Shown here one piece after another: positions 1 to 9,592 of a stretch of DNA of 64,000 bases. The notes beneath the pieces are model-generated. The model did no database searches. It was given only the letters and a program-made list of their open reading frames with translations, and was not told the origin of the DNA. The position numbers and the translations under genes were made by a program. Position 1 is the stretch's first letter, and each line of letters starts with the position of its first letter. The stretch comes from Vicinamibacteria bacterium (GTDB lineage: Bacteria; Acidobacteriota; Vicinamibacteria; Marinacidobacterales; Marinacidobacteraceae), in assembly GCA_965199715.1 (NCBI GenBank), contig CBDATA010000001.1, positions 96,001 to 160,000 on the forward strand, read 5' to 3'.

Positions 1-1
1 G

Positions 2-313
2 ATGATCGACTACGCGATGATTCAGGAGGCGCTCGGAGATACGGACCGCGTGGGATTCGCCATCGACAATCATGCTCACGGCTCGATCGGCACGACCACG
101 CTCGGACCGTCCATGGCGAACTTTCGGGCCGATCGGCACCACCTCGTCATCCAGGAGAACCACATCTTCGCCTTCGAGTACATGGTCCACCGGAACATCC
201 CGGAACGGCCCGGCTTGCCGCTCGCGATCAACATCTCGAATCCGCAGATCGTCACGGGCAAGGGCGTCGAGTGGCTCCAGCCGCCGAACGAACGGATCGT
301 CCTGATCCACTGA
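2..313 (+). CDS. 5'-truncated M24-family (Xaa-Pro aminopeptidase/creatinase fold) protein, C-terminal part
   Basis: HxHG..GP, then FAFE, then IVTxxGVEWL..N..I.LI resemble the M24 pita-bread C-terminus; ORF runs off the window start. Confidence 0.5.
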   Translation: MIDYAMIQEALGDTDRVGFAIDNHAHGSIGTTTLGPSMANFRADRHHLVIQENHIFAFEYMVHRNIPERPGLPLAINISNPQIVTGKGVEWLQPPNERIVLIH

Positions 314-317
314 TCCA

Positions 318-1172
318 GTGAGGCCGCCCCGGGGATGGCGGCGCGTCGTGCTGCGGGTCTCCGGACGCTACGGCCCGGACGCGCTCCAGAGCGACCCGCT
401 GCGCTTCCCGCGCCGGTTCGCCGACCCGGAGGACCGGGAGACGGCGGCGTTCCTCGCGGCCGCGCTCGCGTTCGGGAACGCCCGCGCGGTGGGCGCTTCG
501 CTCGAGCGCGTGTTCGCGTGGACCGGCCCGCATCCGGCGCGGTTCGTTCGTGGGTTGCCAGCGGATCCCGACGCCCGGCCGGCCGGATTCCGGCATCGCT
601 GGACCTCATCGCTGGACCTCCTGCGGCTCGGCGTCATCCTCGGGCGCATCCGCCGCGATCACGGGAGCCTCGGGGCGCTGTTCGCAACGGGCGTCCGCCG
701 CTCTCGGAGGATGCCCGATCTCCGGGGCGCGATCGACGCCTTCCGGGACGCCGCGCTCGCACGGGAACCGGCGGAGCTCGGCGCTCCCGACTCCCGACTC
801 GCCTACTTCTTCCCGAGCCCCCGGACCTCAGCCGCCAAGCGCCCGCTGATGTTCCTGCGCTGGATGGTCCGTCCCGACGACGGTCTGGACCTCGGCCTCT
901 GGGATTGTCTTGAGCCCCGGCATCTCATGGTTCCGCTGGACACGCACATGTTCCGCATCGCCCGGAGGCTGCGTCTGACCGGACGGCGGACCCCGGGGTG
1001 GGAGGCTGCGGCGGACCTCACCCGGGCGCTCGCCCGCATCGACCCTGCCGATCCCGTCCGCTTCGACTTCCCGCTCAGCCGCCTCGGGATCGTCGAGGGC
1101 TGCCCCGCTCATGCCCGAAGCGCACCGTGCGAACTGTGCCGGCTGCTCCGGGCGGGAGTCACCGGACCGTGA
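318..1172 (+). CDS. TIGR02757/DUF2400 family protein (HhH-GPD-like)
   Basis: Motifs SAAKRxxMFLRWMVR, GLDLGLW, PLDTH, DPxDPVRFDF. Confidence 0.85.
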   Translation: MRPPRGWRRVVLRVSGRYGPDALQSDPLRFPRRFADPEDRETAAFLAAALAFGNARAVGASLERVFAWTGPHPARFVRGLPADPDARPAGFRHRWTSSLDLLRLGVILGRIRRDHGSLGALFATGVRRSRRMPDLRGAIDAFRDAALAREPAELGAPDSRLAYFFPSPRTSAAKRPLMFLRWMVRPDDGLDLGLWDCLEPRHLMVPLDTHMFRIARRLRLTGRRTPGWEAAADLTRALARIDPADPVRFDFPLSRLGIVEGCPAHARSAPCELCRLLRAGVTGP

Positions 1173-2694
1173 CCCGGGAGCGTTCGGTGAGCGTGCCCTG
1201 GGCGCGTTCGGCGGCGACGATGGCCTTCATGTAGTCGATCGTGGCCTGCAGCTCGTTGGCCCGAGCCTGCGCGAGGTCGCGCTGCGACTGGACGATGAAG
1301 TAGCTCGTCGTCATGCCCACCTCGAACTTCTTCTCCTCGGCGTCGAGGCGCTGCTCCTCCAGTTCCCGCGCTACCCGGCTGGCGTCGATCCGCCGGCGAT
1401 TGGTCTCCACCTGCCGGACGGCGGCGCGCACTTCCTGCGCCACGGCGATCTCCTGCACCCGGATCACGTCGCGCTGGCGGTTGAGGTCGATCTGCGCCTG
1501 CGCGTGGTTGATCGCGGCCTGGTCGTTTCCGAGCGGGAGGTTGAACGAGAGCCCGAGCTGCCAGTCGCGGTAGTCGAACCCGCCGAGCGCGCCGAGCGCG
1601 TCGCCATACCCGCCGGGGATCGTCTCGACGGTCCGCCCGAAGAAGCCCTCGCGCACCAGCTCGGTTCCGCCGACTCCGGTGAGCTGGTACGAGCCCACCA
1701 AGTCCACTTGCGGCAGCGTCTGGTTGCGGAAGAAGCGCACGTCGTACTCGTTCGAGTTCAACTGAAACTCCTGCGAGCGCAGCTCCGGCCGGCGGTCGAG
1801 CGCAACCCGGAGCGCGTCTTCCAGCTCGATCCGGTAGTCCTCGATGGCGGGAGCGTCGGTCGGCTGGATCTCGCCGTCCCAGAAGTCCGAAGCGCCGGGA
1901 TCCCGGATGAGCGCCTTCAGCGCGTCCTCGGTCGCGCGGATCTGCTCCTCGGCGAGGATCACCGCCTCCTCTCGGGTCGCGACCTCCGCCTCGGCCTGCA
2001 GCACGTCGATCGGCGCCATGGTCCCGACCTCGACCTGGACCTGGTTGTTCCGCAGGAGATCCCGGGCGAGCTCGACCGACTGGATCGCCACCTCGTGGTT
2101 CCGGATCGCGAAGACCAGGTCCCAGTAGGCGTTGTGGACGTCGCGCAGCACGTCGAGGACGCTCTGCTCGAAGTCCATCGCGCCCTGCCGCTCGCTGTTG
2201 CGGGTGATGGCGATCTGGCGGCGCTCGGGGCTCGACCCGAATCCTCGCAGCAGCGGCTGGGTGATCTGCGCGTTCAGCAGCGAGCGATACCTCGGGTTGA
2301 ACGTGGAGAAGGCGCTGTTCGTCGCGAACCGGTTGTTGAAGAACCCGATCGAGTAGCTCGCCCCGAACGGCAGGAGCTGCCCGAAGTTCAGGTTGTAGTT
2401 CATGTTGTCGCTCTCGTTCTGCATCGCCCCGTCGAGCTGGGTCGTGGAGGGGTTCACGCTGTTCTGGAGGTTGTAGTCGAGCCCCAGGTTCGGCAGGTAC
2501 GCGCTGCGGGCCGCCGAGTGGCCAAGGCCGAGCGACTGCTGCGACAGGCGCGAGATGCGCACGTTCAGGTTGTTCTCGAGCGCCTGGGCGATGGCGTCGT
2601 CGAGGCTCAGCCGGATCGGGGGCGGCTGCGCCGGCGCGGCGAGAGCGGGCGCGGCGAGCGCGGCGAGAAGCAGGATTCGGGTCAGGGTGCGCAT
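1159..2694 (-). CDS. TolC-family outer membrane efflux protein
   Basis: ATG at 2694 with signal peptide MRTLTRILLLAALAAPALA; LSLDDAIAQALENN; two OEP repeats (AYWDLV, VGTMAPIDVLQAEA; EEKKFEVGMTT). Confidence 0.9.
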   Translation of the reverse strand: MRTLTRILLLAALAAPALAAPAQPPPIRLSLDDAIAQALENNLNVRISRLSQQSLGLGHSAARSAYLPNLGLDYNLQNSVNPSTTQLDGAMQNESDNMNYNLNFGQLLPFGASYSIGFFNNRFATNSAFSTFNPRYRSLLNAQITQPLLRGFGSSPERRQIAITRNSERQGAMDFEQSVLDVLRDVHNAYWDLVFAIRNHEVAIQSVELARDLLRNNQVQVEVGTMAPIDVLQAEAEVATREEAVILAEEQIRATEDALKALIRDPGASDFWDGEIQPTDAPAIEDYRIELEDALRVALDRRPELRSQEFQLNSNEYDVRFFRNQTLPQVDLVGSYQLTGVGGTELVREGFFGRTVETIPGGYGDALGALGGFDYRDWQLGLSFNLPLGNDQAAINHAQAQIDLNRQRDVIRVQEIAVAQEVRAAVRQVETNRRRIDASRVARELEEQRLDAEEKKFEVGMTTSYFIVQSQRDLAQARANELQATIDYMKAIVAAERAQGTLTERSRVTVR

Positions 2695-2778
2695 CGGGTT
2701 AGTTTCTCCACTGAGAGCAAACGGAAACGCTCGCTCGCGCGTTCCCTGCATGCAAGACGTTCTGCCGAGGAGGATTTC

Positions 2779-3552
2779 ACGGCCAACCAGCAACGAACCG
2801 GGCGCTTCCGGCTCACCCTCGCCTACGACGGGGCCGACTTCTCCGGTTGGCAGGCCCAACCCGGCAGGGTCACCGTCCAGTCGATCGTCGAGCGAGCGCT
2901 CGGCGACCTCTACCGGAGCCGGGAGCGCATCCGGGTGACCGCGGCGGGACGCACCGACGCCGGCGTGCACGCGGAGGGCCAGGTCGCCCACTTCGACGCT
3001 CCGTTCGGGATCCCGCCCGCCGGAGTGGTGGCCGGAATGAACGACCGGCTGCCGGAAGCCGTGCGGGTCCTCGCGGCCGCCTCGGCGCCGCCCGGCTTCC
3101 ACGCCCGCTTCGACGCGGTGGCCAAGACGTACCGCTACGACCTCCTGACCGGGGTCCCGGCCTCCCCGTTGCGGGCGCGCTACGCATGGGCGCTCCGGGA
3201 CCCGCTGGACGCCGGCGCCATGGCGGAGGCAGCCGGGGCCTTCGCCGGGGCGCACGACTTCCGGGCGTTCTTCGTCGCGCCGCCCGGCGAGGCCCCGAGC
3301 AGCCCGGTGCGCACGGTGCTTCAGGCGCGGCTCGACGCCTGCGGGGACCGCCTCCATTTCCGCGTGACCGCCGACGGCTTCCTGCGCTACATGGTGCGGC
3401 GCATGGTCGGAACGCTCGTCGCGGTCGGACGGGGACGGGTTCCGGCTTCGCGGGTCCGGGCGCTGCTCATGGACCCGGACGCGCCGGGACCGCGGTTCCG
3501 GGCGCCGGCGCGCGGCCTCCGCCTCGTCTCGGTCGCCTACCCGGAAAGGTAA
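2779..3552 (+). CDS. truA: tRNA pseudouridine(38-40) synthase
   Basis: LAYDGxxFxGWQ, AGRTDAGVHA, FHARF, GFLRYMVR; start uncertain (GAGGAGG then in-frame ACG at 2779). Confidence 0.92.
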   Translation, partial: TANQQRTGRFRLTLAYDGADFSGWQAQPGRVTVQSIVERALGDLYRSRERIRVTAAGRTDAGVHAEGQVAHFDAPFGIPPAGVVAGMNDRLPEAVRVLAAASAPPGFHARFDAVAKTYRYDLLTGVPASPLRARYAWALRDPLDAGAMAEAAGAFAGAHDFRAFFVAPPGEAPSSPVRTVLQARLDACGDRLHFRVTADGFLRYMVRRMVGTLVAVGRGRVPASRVRALLMDPDAPGPRFRAPARGLRLVSVAYPER

Positions 3553-3564
3553 ATTTCCCCGTTC

Positions 3565-4332
3565 GTGACCGGCGCCGTGGTAGTCGAGCCTTCCGCCTCG
3601 GCGGAGACCGCGGAGTTGCTGGCCCAGATCGACCGCACCCGGCTCCCGGTGCACGTCGCCGCGATCATGGACGGCAACGGCCGCTGGGCCGCCGGGCGCG
3701 GGCTGGAGCGCAGCGTCGGCCACAGCGAGGGCGTCGAGGCGGTCCGGGACACGGTGGAGGCCGCGTCGGCGCTCGGATTGCGGGCGCTCACGCTGTTCGC
3801 GTTCTCGATGGAGAACTGGTCCCGCCCGCCGGACGAGGTCGCGATCCTGATGGGCCTCCTCAAGAAGTACCTGCGCACGGAGCTGGACCGGATGGTCGCC
3901 AACGACATCCGCTTCCGCCCGGTCGGGAGGCTCGACGGGCTTCCGCCCGACGTGCGGGAGATGGTCGATATCGCGGTCGGGGCGACCGCCGCCTGCCGCG
4001 GGCTCGACTTCCAGATCGCGGTGAACTACGGCGGGCGCGCCGAGATCGTGGACGCCGCCCGCGCCTTCGCCGCCCGCGCGGTGGAGCTCGGCCGGGTTCC
4101 CGAACTGGACGAGCCCGAGTTCGCGAGCCTCCTGTACGGCGCGGACGTGCCCGATCCGGACCTCCTCATCCGGACCAGCGGCGAGATGCGGGTCTCCAAC
4201 TTCCTGCTGTACCAGATCGCCTACACCGAGTTGTGGGTCACCCCGACGCTCTGGCCCGACTTCCGCCGCCGGCACCTCTACGAGGCCATCCTCGACTTCC
4301 AGGGGCGGACCCGGCGCTACGGCGGGCTCTGA
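3565..4332 (+). CDS. uppS: Undecaprenyl diphosphate synthase (isoprenyl transferase)
   Basis: HVAAIMDGNGRWA, FAFSMENWSRP, NYGGR, DLLIRTSGEMRVSNFLLYQ, LWPDF. Confidence 0.96.
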   Translation: MTGAVVVEPSASAETAELLAQIDRTRLPVHVAAIMDGNGRWAAGRGLERSVGHSEGVEAVRDTVEAASALGLRALTLFAFSMENWSRPPDEVAILMGLLKKYLRTELDRMVANDIRFRPVGRLDGLPPDVREMVDIAVGATAACRGLDFQIAVNYGGRAEIVDAARAFAARAVELGRVPELDEPEFASLLYGADVPDPDLLIRTSGEMRVSNFLLYQIAYTELWVTPTLWPDFRRRHLYEAILDFQGRTRRYGGL

Positions 4333-4336
4333 CCCG

Positions 4337-5482
4337 ATGCGCCGCGTCGTCGCCGGGGTCGCCCTCGCCGGGCTCACGCTGTGGATCTGCCTCGGCGCCT
4401 CCGCGCCGCTGCGGACCGCCGCGCTGGCGCTGGCCGTGTTGCTCTGCCTCGCCGAGGCGCTCCAGCTCGCGCTCGAAAGGACGGCCGGATCGCCGCCAGG
4501 GGATCGGTCGGCGCGCGCAATCGGCTTCGCGCTGTTCGCGCTCGCGGCGCTCGCGGGAGCGCCTTCGGGACTGCCCGGCGAGTGGGTCGCGACCGCGCCG
4601 TTCCTGATCGCGGCGACGGTCGGCGCCCTCGCGCTGTTCGGCGCCGGCGCGCGCGGCGGGGCGCTTCTGATCGCGGCGCTGTGGATCGGGCTCCCCGCTG
4701 TCGCCATCCTCGACCTCGCCTCGGGACGCGAGGGCGGCGAGACGCTGCTGTTCCTGATCCTCGTGGTCGTGGCGGGCGAAGTCGGCGCGTTTTGCGGCGG
4801 GCGGCTCGTCGGCGGCCTCCGGCTGGCTCCGGTCCTGAGCCCGGGCAAGACGTGGGCGGGGCTGTGGTTCCAGCTCGCCGTCAGCGCGGCGGCCGCCCCC
4901 GCCGTCGGGTTCCTGCTGCCGGGCGCTCCCGGACCGGGCGGACTCGCGGGGATCGGGCTCCTTCTCGGCGGGGCCGCGGCGCTCGGGGATCTCTACGAGT
5001 CAAGCTGGAAGCGGGGCGCCGGCCAGAAGGACAGCGGGCGGCTGATCCCGGGCCACGGCGGCGCGCTCGACCGCGCCGACGGCCTGCTGTTCGCGGCGCT
5101 CGCGCTGCAAGCGGCGCTCCCGTTCCTGCCGGTCACGCCGTGGGATCGGGCCGAGGATCTGCTGCGGGCGAACGAGCCCGAGGCGGCGCTCGAGATCCTC
5201 CGGCCGCTGGAGGCGGACCACCCGGACCGGTTCGAAGTGATCGTCGGTCTCGGGCGGGCGTACTTCCAGCTCGGCGACTGGTGGGAGGCGTCGCGCTACC
5301 TCGCCGAGGCCGCCGGACTCCGCCCGCCGGACGCGCCGCTGCTGAAACGGCTCGGACGGTCCTTCCAGGAACAGGGAGACCGGGGCGGCGCGATCCAGGC
5401 GTTCGAGCGCTCGCTGGCCCTCGACCCCGACCAGCCCGACGTCCGGGCGCGGCTCGAGGCCGTGCGCCCCGACCGGCGCTGA
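4337..5482 (+). CDS. cdsA: Phosphatidate cytidylyltransferase with a C-terminal TPR extension
   Basis: LSPGKTW, GDLYESxxKRxxGxKDSGxLIPGHGGxLDRxD; follows uppS; last ~110 aa are TPR-like. Confidence 0.88.
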   Translation: MRRVVAGVALAGLTLWICLGASAPLRTAALALAVLLCLAEALQLALERTAGSPPGDRSARAIGFALFALAALAGAPSGLPGEWVATAPFLIAATVGALALFGAGARGGALLIAALWIGLPAVAILDLASGREGGETLLFLILVVVAGEVGAFCGGRLVGGLRLAPVLSPGKTWAGLWFQLAVSAAAAPAVGFLLPGAPGPGGLAGIGLLLGGAAALGDLYESSWKRGAGQKDSGRLIPGHGGALDRADGLLFAALALQAALPFLPVTPWDRAEDLLRANEPEAALEILRPLEADHPDRFEVIVGLGRAYFQLGDWWEASRYLAEAAGLRPPDAPLLKRLGRSFQEQGDRGGAIQAFERSLALDPDQPDVRARLEAVRPDRR

Positions 5483-5485
5483 GCC

Positions 5486-5929
5486 TCAGCCCTCGGCCGC
5501 GCGCCCGATCTCCCGCAGATCCTTCTCGAGCATCCGGCGGAGGCTCCCGGCCATGATCCGGCCGAGAACCGAGAACAGCCGGGCGAAGAGCGTGAGCGGA
5601 CGCCCGGTGAACTCCAGCGTGACGCGCGTTCCGAGCCCCTCCGGCGCGAACGAGCAAGCGGTCCGGTAGTGAGCGCCGTGCGACTTCGCCTCCACGACGA
5701 AGGAGCGCGGCGGATCGAAGCCCGCGATCCACATCTCCTCGGTCGCTCGCCGGCCGTGGACGGTGCGCGTCTCCCGCCAGCGGGTTCCCTCGCCGACCGG
5801 GCCGCCGGTGAGCACCTCCACGGCGTCGATTCCGGACACGACGTTCGGGAGATTGGCCAGGTTCGTGGCCACCGCGAACACGCGCTCGGGCGGGGCGGCC
5901 GCGACCGCCGAAGCCTGCACCGCGGTCAC
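5486..5929 (-). CDS. SRPBCC (polyketide cyclase/START-like) family protein
   Basis: GTG at 5929 overlaps the rseP stop; APPERVF, GPVGEGTRWRETR, GTRVTLEF. Confidence 0.8.
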   Translation of the reverse strand: MTAVQASAVAAAPPERVFAVATNLANLPNVVSGIDAVEVLTGGPVGEGTRWRETRTVHGRRATEEMWIAGFDPPRSFVVEAKSHGAHYRTACSFAPEGLGTRVTLEFTGRPLTLFARLFSVLGRIMAGSLRRMLEKDLREIGRAAEG

Positions 5930-7242
5930 GGGAGCACGCCCGCCTTCGAGAGGTCCAGGAAGATCACCCCGACGAACACGAGGATCATCAGCGCCGCCCC
6001 CGCGAACATGAGCGCCTGGCGCACGCGCAGGGTCAGGTCCCGGCGGGCGACCGACTCGACGAGCAGCACCGCGATCTGCCCGCCGTCGAGCACCGGAATC
6101 GGCAGCAGGTTGAGCACGCCGAGGCTGAGGCTCAGGACCGCCATCAGCAGCAGCACGTCCTGCGGGCCGCGCCGGAAGGCGTCGCCCGAAGCGCGGGCGA
6201 TCCCGATCGGCCCCGAGATCTGCCGGGCGGACGCGGCGCCGGTCACCATGCCGCCGAGGTGGCGGAGCGTGAGCGAGGACCACCGCGCGGTCTCGCGGGC
6301 CGCCTCGCCGAGCGCCCCGGTCACCGACTCCGCCCGCACCATCCGGAACGGGGGCTCGAAGCGCACGCCGATCCGCGGGACCGGAAGCCCGGTGGCCTCG
6401 TCCGCCACCGTCGTCGGGCGCACCGTCAGGTCCACTGAGGACTCGCCCCGGGCGACCCGCAGCGCCACCGGCTCGGTTCCCGTCTCCCGGATCATGGTCG
6501 CGACCTCGTCGGTGCTCCCGACCTCCACGCCGTTCACCCGCGTGATGCGGTCTCCGGGCAGCAGCCCGGCCGATTCCGCCGGCATGCCCGGCTCCACCGC
6601 CCCGAGGATCGGTGGCGCGGGCGGACGCACGCCGGCGTCGCCGATGGCGTCCTCGCCCACGGCGCGAACCTGGACCGGGAACCGGCGCTCGGCGCCCTCC
6701 CGCTCCACGGCGAAGACGACCTCGCGGTCGGCCGCCACGATGATCCGCTCGAGAGCGCTCCGCCAGTCGGGCGTCTCGGCGTCGCCGATGGAGACGATCC
6801 GGTCGCCGGCGCGGAGTCCGGCGGCTCCGGCCGGCGAGTCCGCCGCCACGTAGGAAACGACCGGCGGATCCGAGAGGCCCACCCGGCGCTCCATGCCGAC
6901 GAAGAACAGCCCCGCGAGGATCAGGATCGCGAGGATGAAGTTCATCGCCGGCCCGGCGAAGAGGATCGCGAGCCGCTCGCCCCGGGTGCGGTTCTGGATT
7001 TCGGCCGGGTCGGCGCCGCCCTCGCCCGGGGGGCCGCCGGCCATCTTCACGTAGCCGCCGATCGGGAGCAGGCCGAGCGTGTACTCGGTGTCGCCGCGCT
7101 TCTTGCTGTAGATGTTCGGCGGAAAGCCGATCGAGAAGGTCTCCACCCGGACCCCGAAGAACCGCGCCGCGAGGAAATGGCCCAGCTCGTGCCAGACGAC
7201 CAGAGTCCCCACGATCACGACGAAGGCGATCAGGGTCAGCAT
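5926..7242 (-). CDS. rseP: RIP metalloprotease with two PDZ domains
   Basis: HELGH, GGYVKM, AGPAMN, two PDZ domains, NLLPIPVLDGG; ATG at 7242. Confidence 0.95.
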   Translation of the reverse strand: MLTLIAFVVIVGTLVVWHELGHFLAARFFGVRVETFSIGFPPNIYSKKRGDTEYTLGLLPIGGYVKMAGGPPGEGGADPAEIQNRTRGERLAILFAGPAMNFILAILILAGLFFVGMERRVGLSDPPVVSYVAADSPAGAAGLRAGDRIVSIGDAETPDWRSALERIIVAADREVVFAVEREGAERRFPVQVRAVGEDAIGDAGVRPPAPPILGAVEPGMPAESAGLLPGDRITRVNGVEVGSTDEVATMIRETGTEPVALRVARGESSVDLTVRPTTVADEATGLPVPRIGVRFEPPFRMVRAESVTGALGEAARETARWSSLTLRHLGGMVTGAASARQISGPIGIARASGDAFRRGPQDVLLLMAVLSLSLGVLNLLPIPVLDGGQIAVLLVESVARRDLTLRVRQALMFAGAALMILVFVGVIFLDLSKAGVLP

Positions 7243-8417
7243 CGAGTCGGTTCCGCCTCCCGGAAGGCTACCCGTTCGGCCGCGGTGCGCCGGGCCCACG
7301 AGTCGGAGGCCGCGACGGCCTCCAGATCCTCGGGTTCGGTCGGATTGCGGCGCTCGAGCGTCTCCTCGACGACCCGCGGCACGTCGAGGAATCGGATCCG
7401 CTCCGCGAGAAACGCCGCCACGGCGACCTCGTTGGCGGCGTTCAGGACCGCCGGCGCGTCGCCTCCCGCCGCGAGCGCCTCGGCGGCGAGGCGCAGGCAG
7501 GGGAACCGCACCGGATCGGGAGGCTCGAACTGCAGCGAGAACGGCTCGGCGAAGCCGAAGCGCGGCAGGTCGCCGGCCAACCGCTCGGGCCAGGTCAGCG
7601 CGTACTGGATCGGCGTGCGCATGTCCGTCGCGCCGAGCTGGGCCAGCAGCGTGCCGTCCTCGAACTCGACCATCGAGTGCACCGTGGACTGCGGATGGAC
7701 GACGACCGAGACCTGCTCCGGCGCCGCTTCGAACAACCACCGCGCCTCGATCATCTCGAGGCCCTTGTTCATCATGGTCGCCGAATCGATCGTGATCTTC
7801 GGCCCCATGCGCCACGTCGGATGCTGGAGCGCCTGCTCGAGCGTGACGTCGCGGAGCTGGTCGAGGCTGAGCGTGCGGAACGGGCCGCCGGAAGCGGTCA
7901 GCCAGAGCCGGCGGAAGGGATGGCGGCCATCCTCGAGGCACTGGTGGATCGCCGCGTGCTCGCTGTCCACCGGAATCAGGACGCCGCCGGACGCCGCCGC
8001 CGCGCGGGTCATGATCGCCCCGGCGGCGACCAGCGACTCCTTGTTGGCGAGTCCCACGGCGCGCCCGGCCCGCAGCGCGGCGAGCGTGGCCGGGAGGCCC
8101 GCGGCCCCGACGACCGCCGAGATCACCCGGTCCGCGCCCGGCCAGACGGCGATCTGCTCGAGACCCTCCGAGCCGCCGAGGATCTCCACGTCCGGCAGCG
8201 AGGAACCGAAGGCCTCGCGGAAGCGCTCCGCTTCCTCCGAGTCGCGAAGCGCCACGGCCTCGGGCCGGAATTCGCGCGCGAGATCTGCGAGCGCCTCGCT
8301 CGCCCGGCCCGCCGCGAGGCCCGCCACGCGGAATCGATCCGGGAATCGGCGGACCACGCGCAGGGTGCTCGTGCCGATGGAGCCGGTCGCGCCGAGAATC
8401 GAGAGGCCGTGAGTCAC
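7236..8417 (-). CDS. dxr: 1-deoxy-D-xylulose-5-phosphate reductoisomerase
   Basis: ILGATGSIG, LANKESLV, PVDSEH, TASGGPF, HPTWRMGPKITIDSATMMNKGLE. Confidence 0.97.
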   Translation of the reverse strand: MTHGLSILGATGSIGTSTLRVVRRFPDRFRVAGLAAGRASEALADLAREFRPEAVALRDSEEAERFREAFGSSLPDVEILGGSEGLEQIAVWPGADRVISAVVGAAGLPATLAALRAGRAVGLANKESLVAAGAIMTRAAAASGGVLIPVDSEHAAIHQCLEDGRHPFRRLWLTASGGPFRTLSLDQLRDVTLEQALQHPTWRMGPKITIDSATMMNKGLEMIEARWLFEAAPEQVSVVVHPQSTVHSMVEFEDGTLLAQLGATDMRTPIQYALTWPERLAGDLPRFGFAEPFSLQFEPPDPVRFPCLRLAAEALAAGGDAPAVLNAANEVAVAAFLAERIRFLDVPRVVEETLERRNPTEPEDLEAVAASDSWARRTAAERVAFREAEPTRC

Positions 8418-8441
8418 AAGGAGCCGCGCTGTGCTCCCCGG

Positions 8442-8469
8442 ATTCTAGGCGGGACGCCCCGGTTAGACT
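8442..8469. promoter_or_regulatory. Divergent -10 hexamers: TAGAAT (minus, dxr) and TAGACT (plus, OSBS/NSAR gene)
   Basis: attcta at 8442-8447 and tagact at 8464-8469 in a 65-bp GC-rich spacer. Confidence 0.5.
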
Positions 8470-8482
8470 CGCCGCGCCGTCC

Positions 8483-9592
8483 ATGCGACTTGAATCCCTC
8501 CATGTCCGCGAGCTACGCCTCGACCTGAAGCGTCCCTTCGAGACCAGCTTCGCCCGCGTCCATGACCAGCGCTTCCTGCTGCTGAAGGTGACGGCGGACG
8601 GCGTTCCCGGCTATTCGGAATGCGTCGCGGACGTGACCCCGGGGTATTCCGCCGAGACGGTGCGCACCGCCGAGCACATGATCCGGGACTTTCTCTGGCC
8701 GGTCGCGCGGGCGACCGAATACGCCCACCCCGACGAGGTGACGCCCTCCTTCCGGCGGATTCGCGGCAACAACATGGCGAAGGCCGCCATCGAGATGGCG
8801 GTCTGGGAGGCCTGGGCCCGAAGCCGCGGCGAATCGCTCGCCAAGGCGCTCGGGGGAACCCGCGAGCGCACCGTCTCGGGCGTGTCGATCGGGATCCAGG
8901 ACACCGTCGAGGAGCTCCTCGAACGGATCGGGATCGAACTCGCGAGCGGGTACCAGCGGATCAAGATCAAGATCAAGCCGGGTTGGGACGTGGACGTGGT
9001 CCGGCGGGTGCGCGAGCGCTTCCCCGACATGCCGCTCATGGTGGACGCGAACAGCGCGTACGCCCTGGACGACCTCGATCTCCTGCGCGAGCTGGACCGG
9101 TTCGACCTGATGATGATCGAGCAGCCGCTGGCGCACGACGACTTGTGGGACCACGCGCAGCTCCAGCGGGAGCTCTCGACGCCGATCTGCCTCGACGAGT
9201 CGGTGAAGTCGGTCGAGGACGCGCGCCGGGCGCTGGAGATGGGCGCCGGACGGATCATCAACGTCAAGGCGGGGCGCGTGGGCGGGCTGTCGCAGGCCCG
9301 GGACGTCTCCGAGCTGGCGCGGAAGGCGGGGATCCCGGTCTGGTGCGGTGGGATGCTGGAGAGCGGCGTCGGCCGCGCCCACAACATCCACCTGTCGTCG
9401 CTGCCGGGGTTCACCTTCCCCGGCGACGTGGCCGCCTCCGAGCGCTACTTCACGGAGGAGATCATCGATCCGCCGGTCCGGGTGAGCGCGGACGGATCGC
9501 TGCCAGTCCCCGGCGGAATCGGCATCGGCTTCGCGCTGCGCGAGGACGCCATCGATCGTCACACGGTCGCGGCATGGACGCTCGACGGCTGA
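8483..9592 (+). CDS. menC: o-succinylbenzoate synthase / N-succinylamino acid racemase (enolase superfamily)
   Basis: KIK, VDAN, IEQP, LDES, NVKxGRVGG, WCGGMLE; no other men genes nearby, so the NSAR function is plausible. Confidence 0.8.
   Translation: MRLESLHVRELRLDLKRPFETSFARVHDQRFLLLKVTADGVPGYSECVADVTPGYSAETVRTAEHMIRDFLWPVARATEYAHPDEVTPSFRRIRGNNMAKAAIEMAVWEAWARSRGESLAKALGGTRERTVSGVSIGIQDTVEELLERIGIELASGYQRIKIKIKPGWDVDVVRRVRERFPDMPLMVDANSAYALDDLDLLRELDRFDLMMIEQPLAHDDLWDHAQLQRELSTPICLDESVKSVEDARRALEMGAGRIINVKAGRVGGLSQARDVSELARKAGIPVWCGGMLESGVGRAHNIHLSSLPGFTFPGDVAASERYFTEEIIDPPVRVSADGSLPVPGGIGIGFALREDAIDRHTVAAWTLDG

Noticed and set aside
1111-4848. Apparent long N-terminal extensions on TruA and TolC (also Ku, Mrp, RseP, cyclophilin)
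   Set aside because: Open-frame run-ons into neighbouring genes; signal peptides and motifs place the true starts downstream
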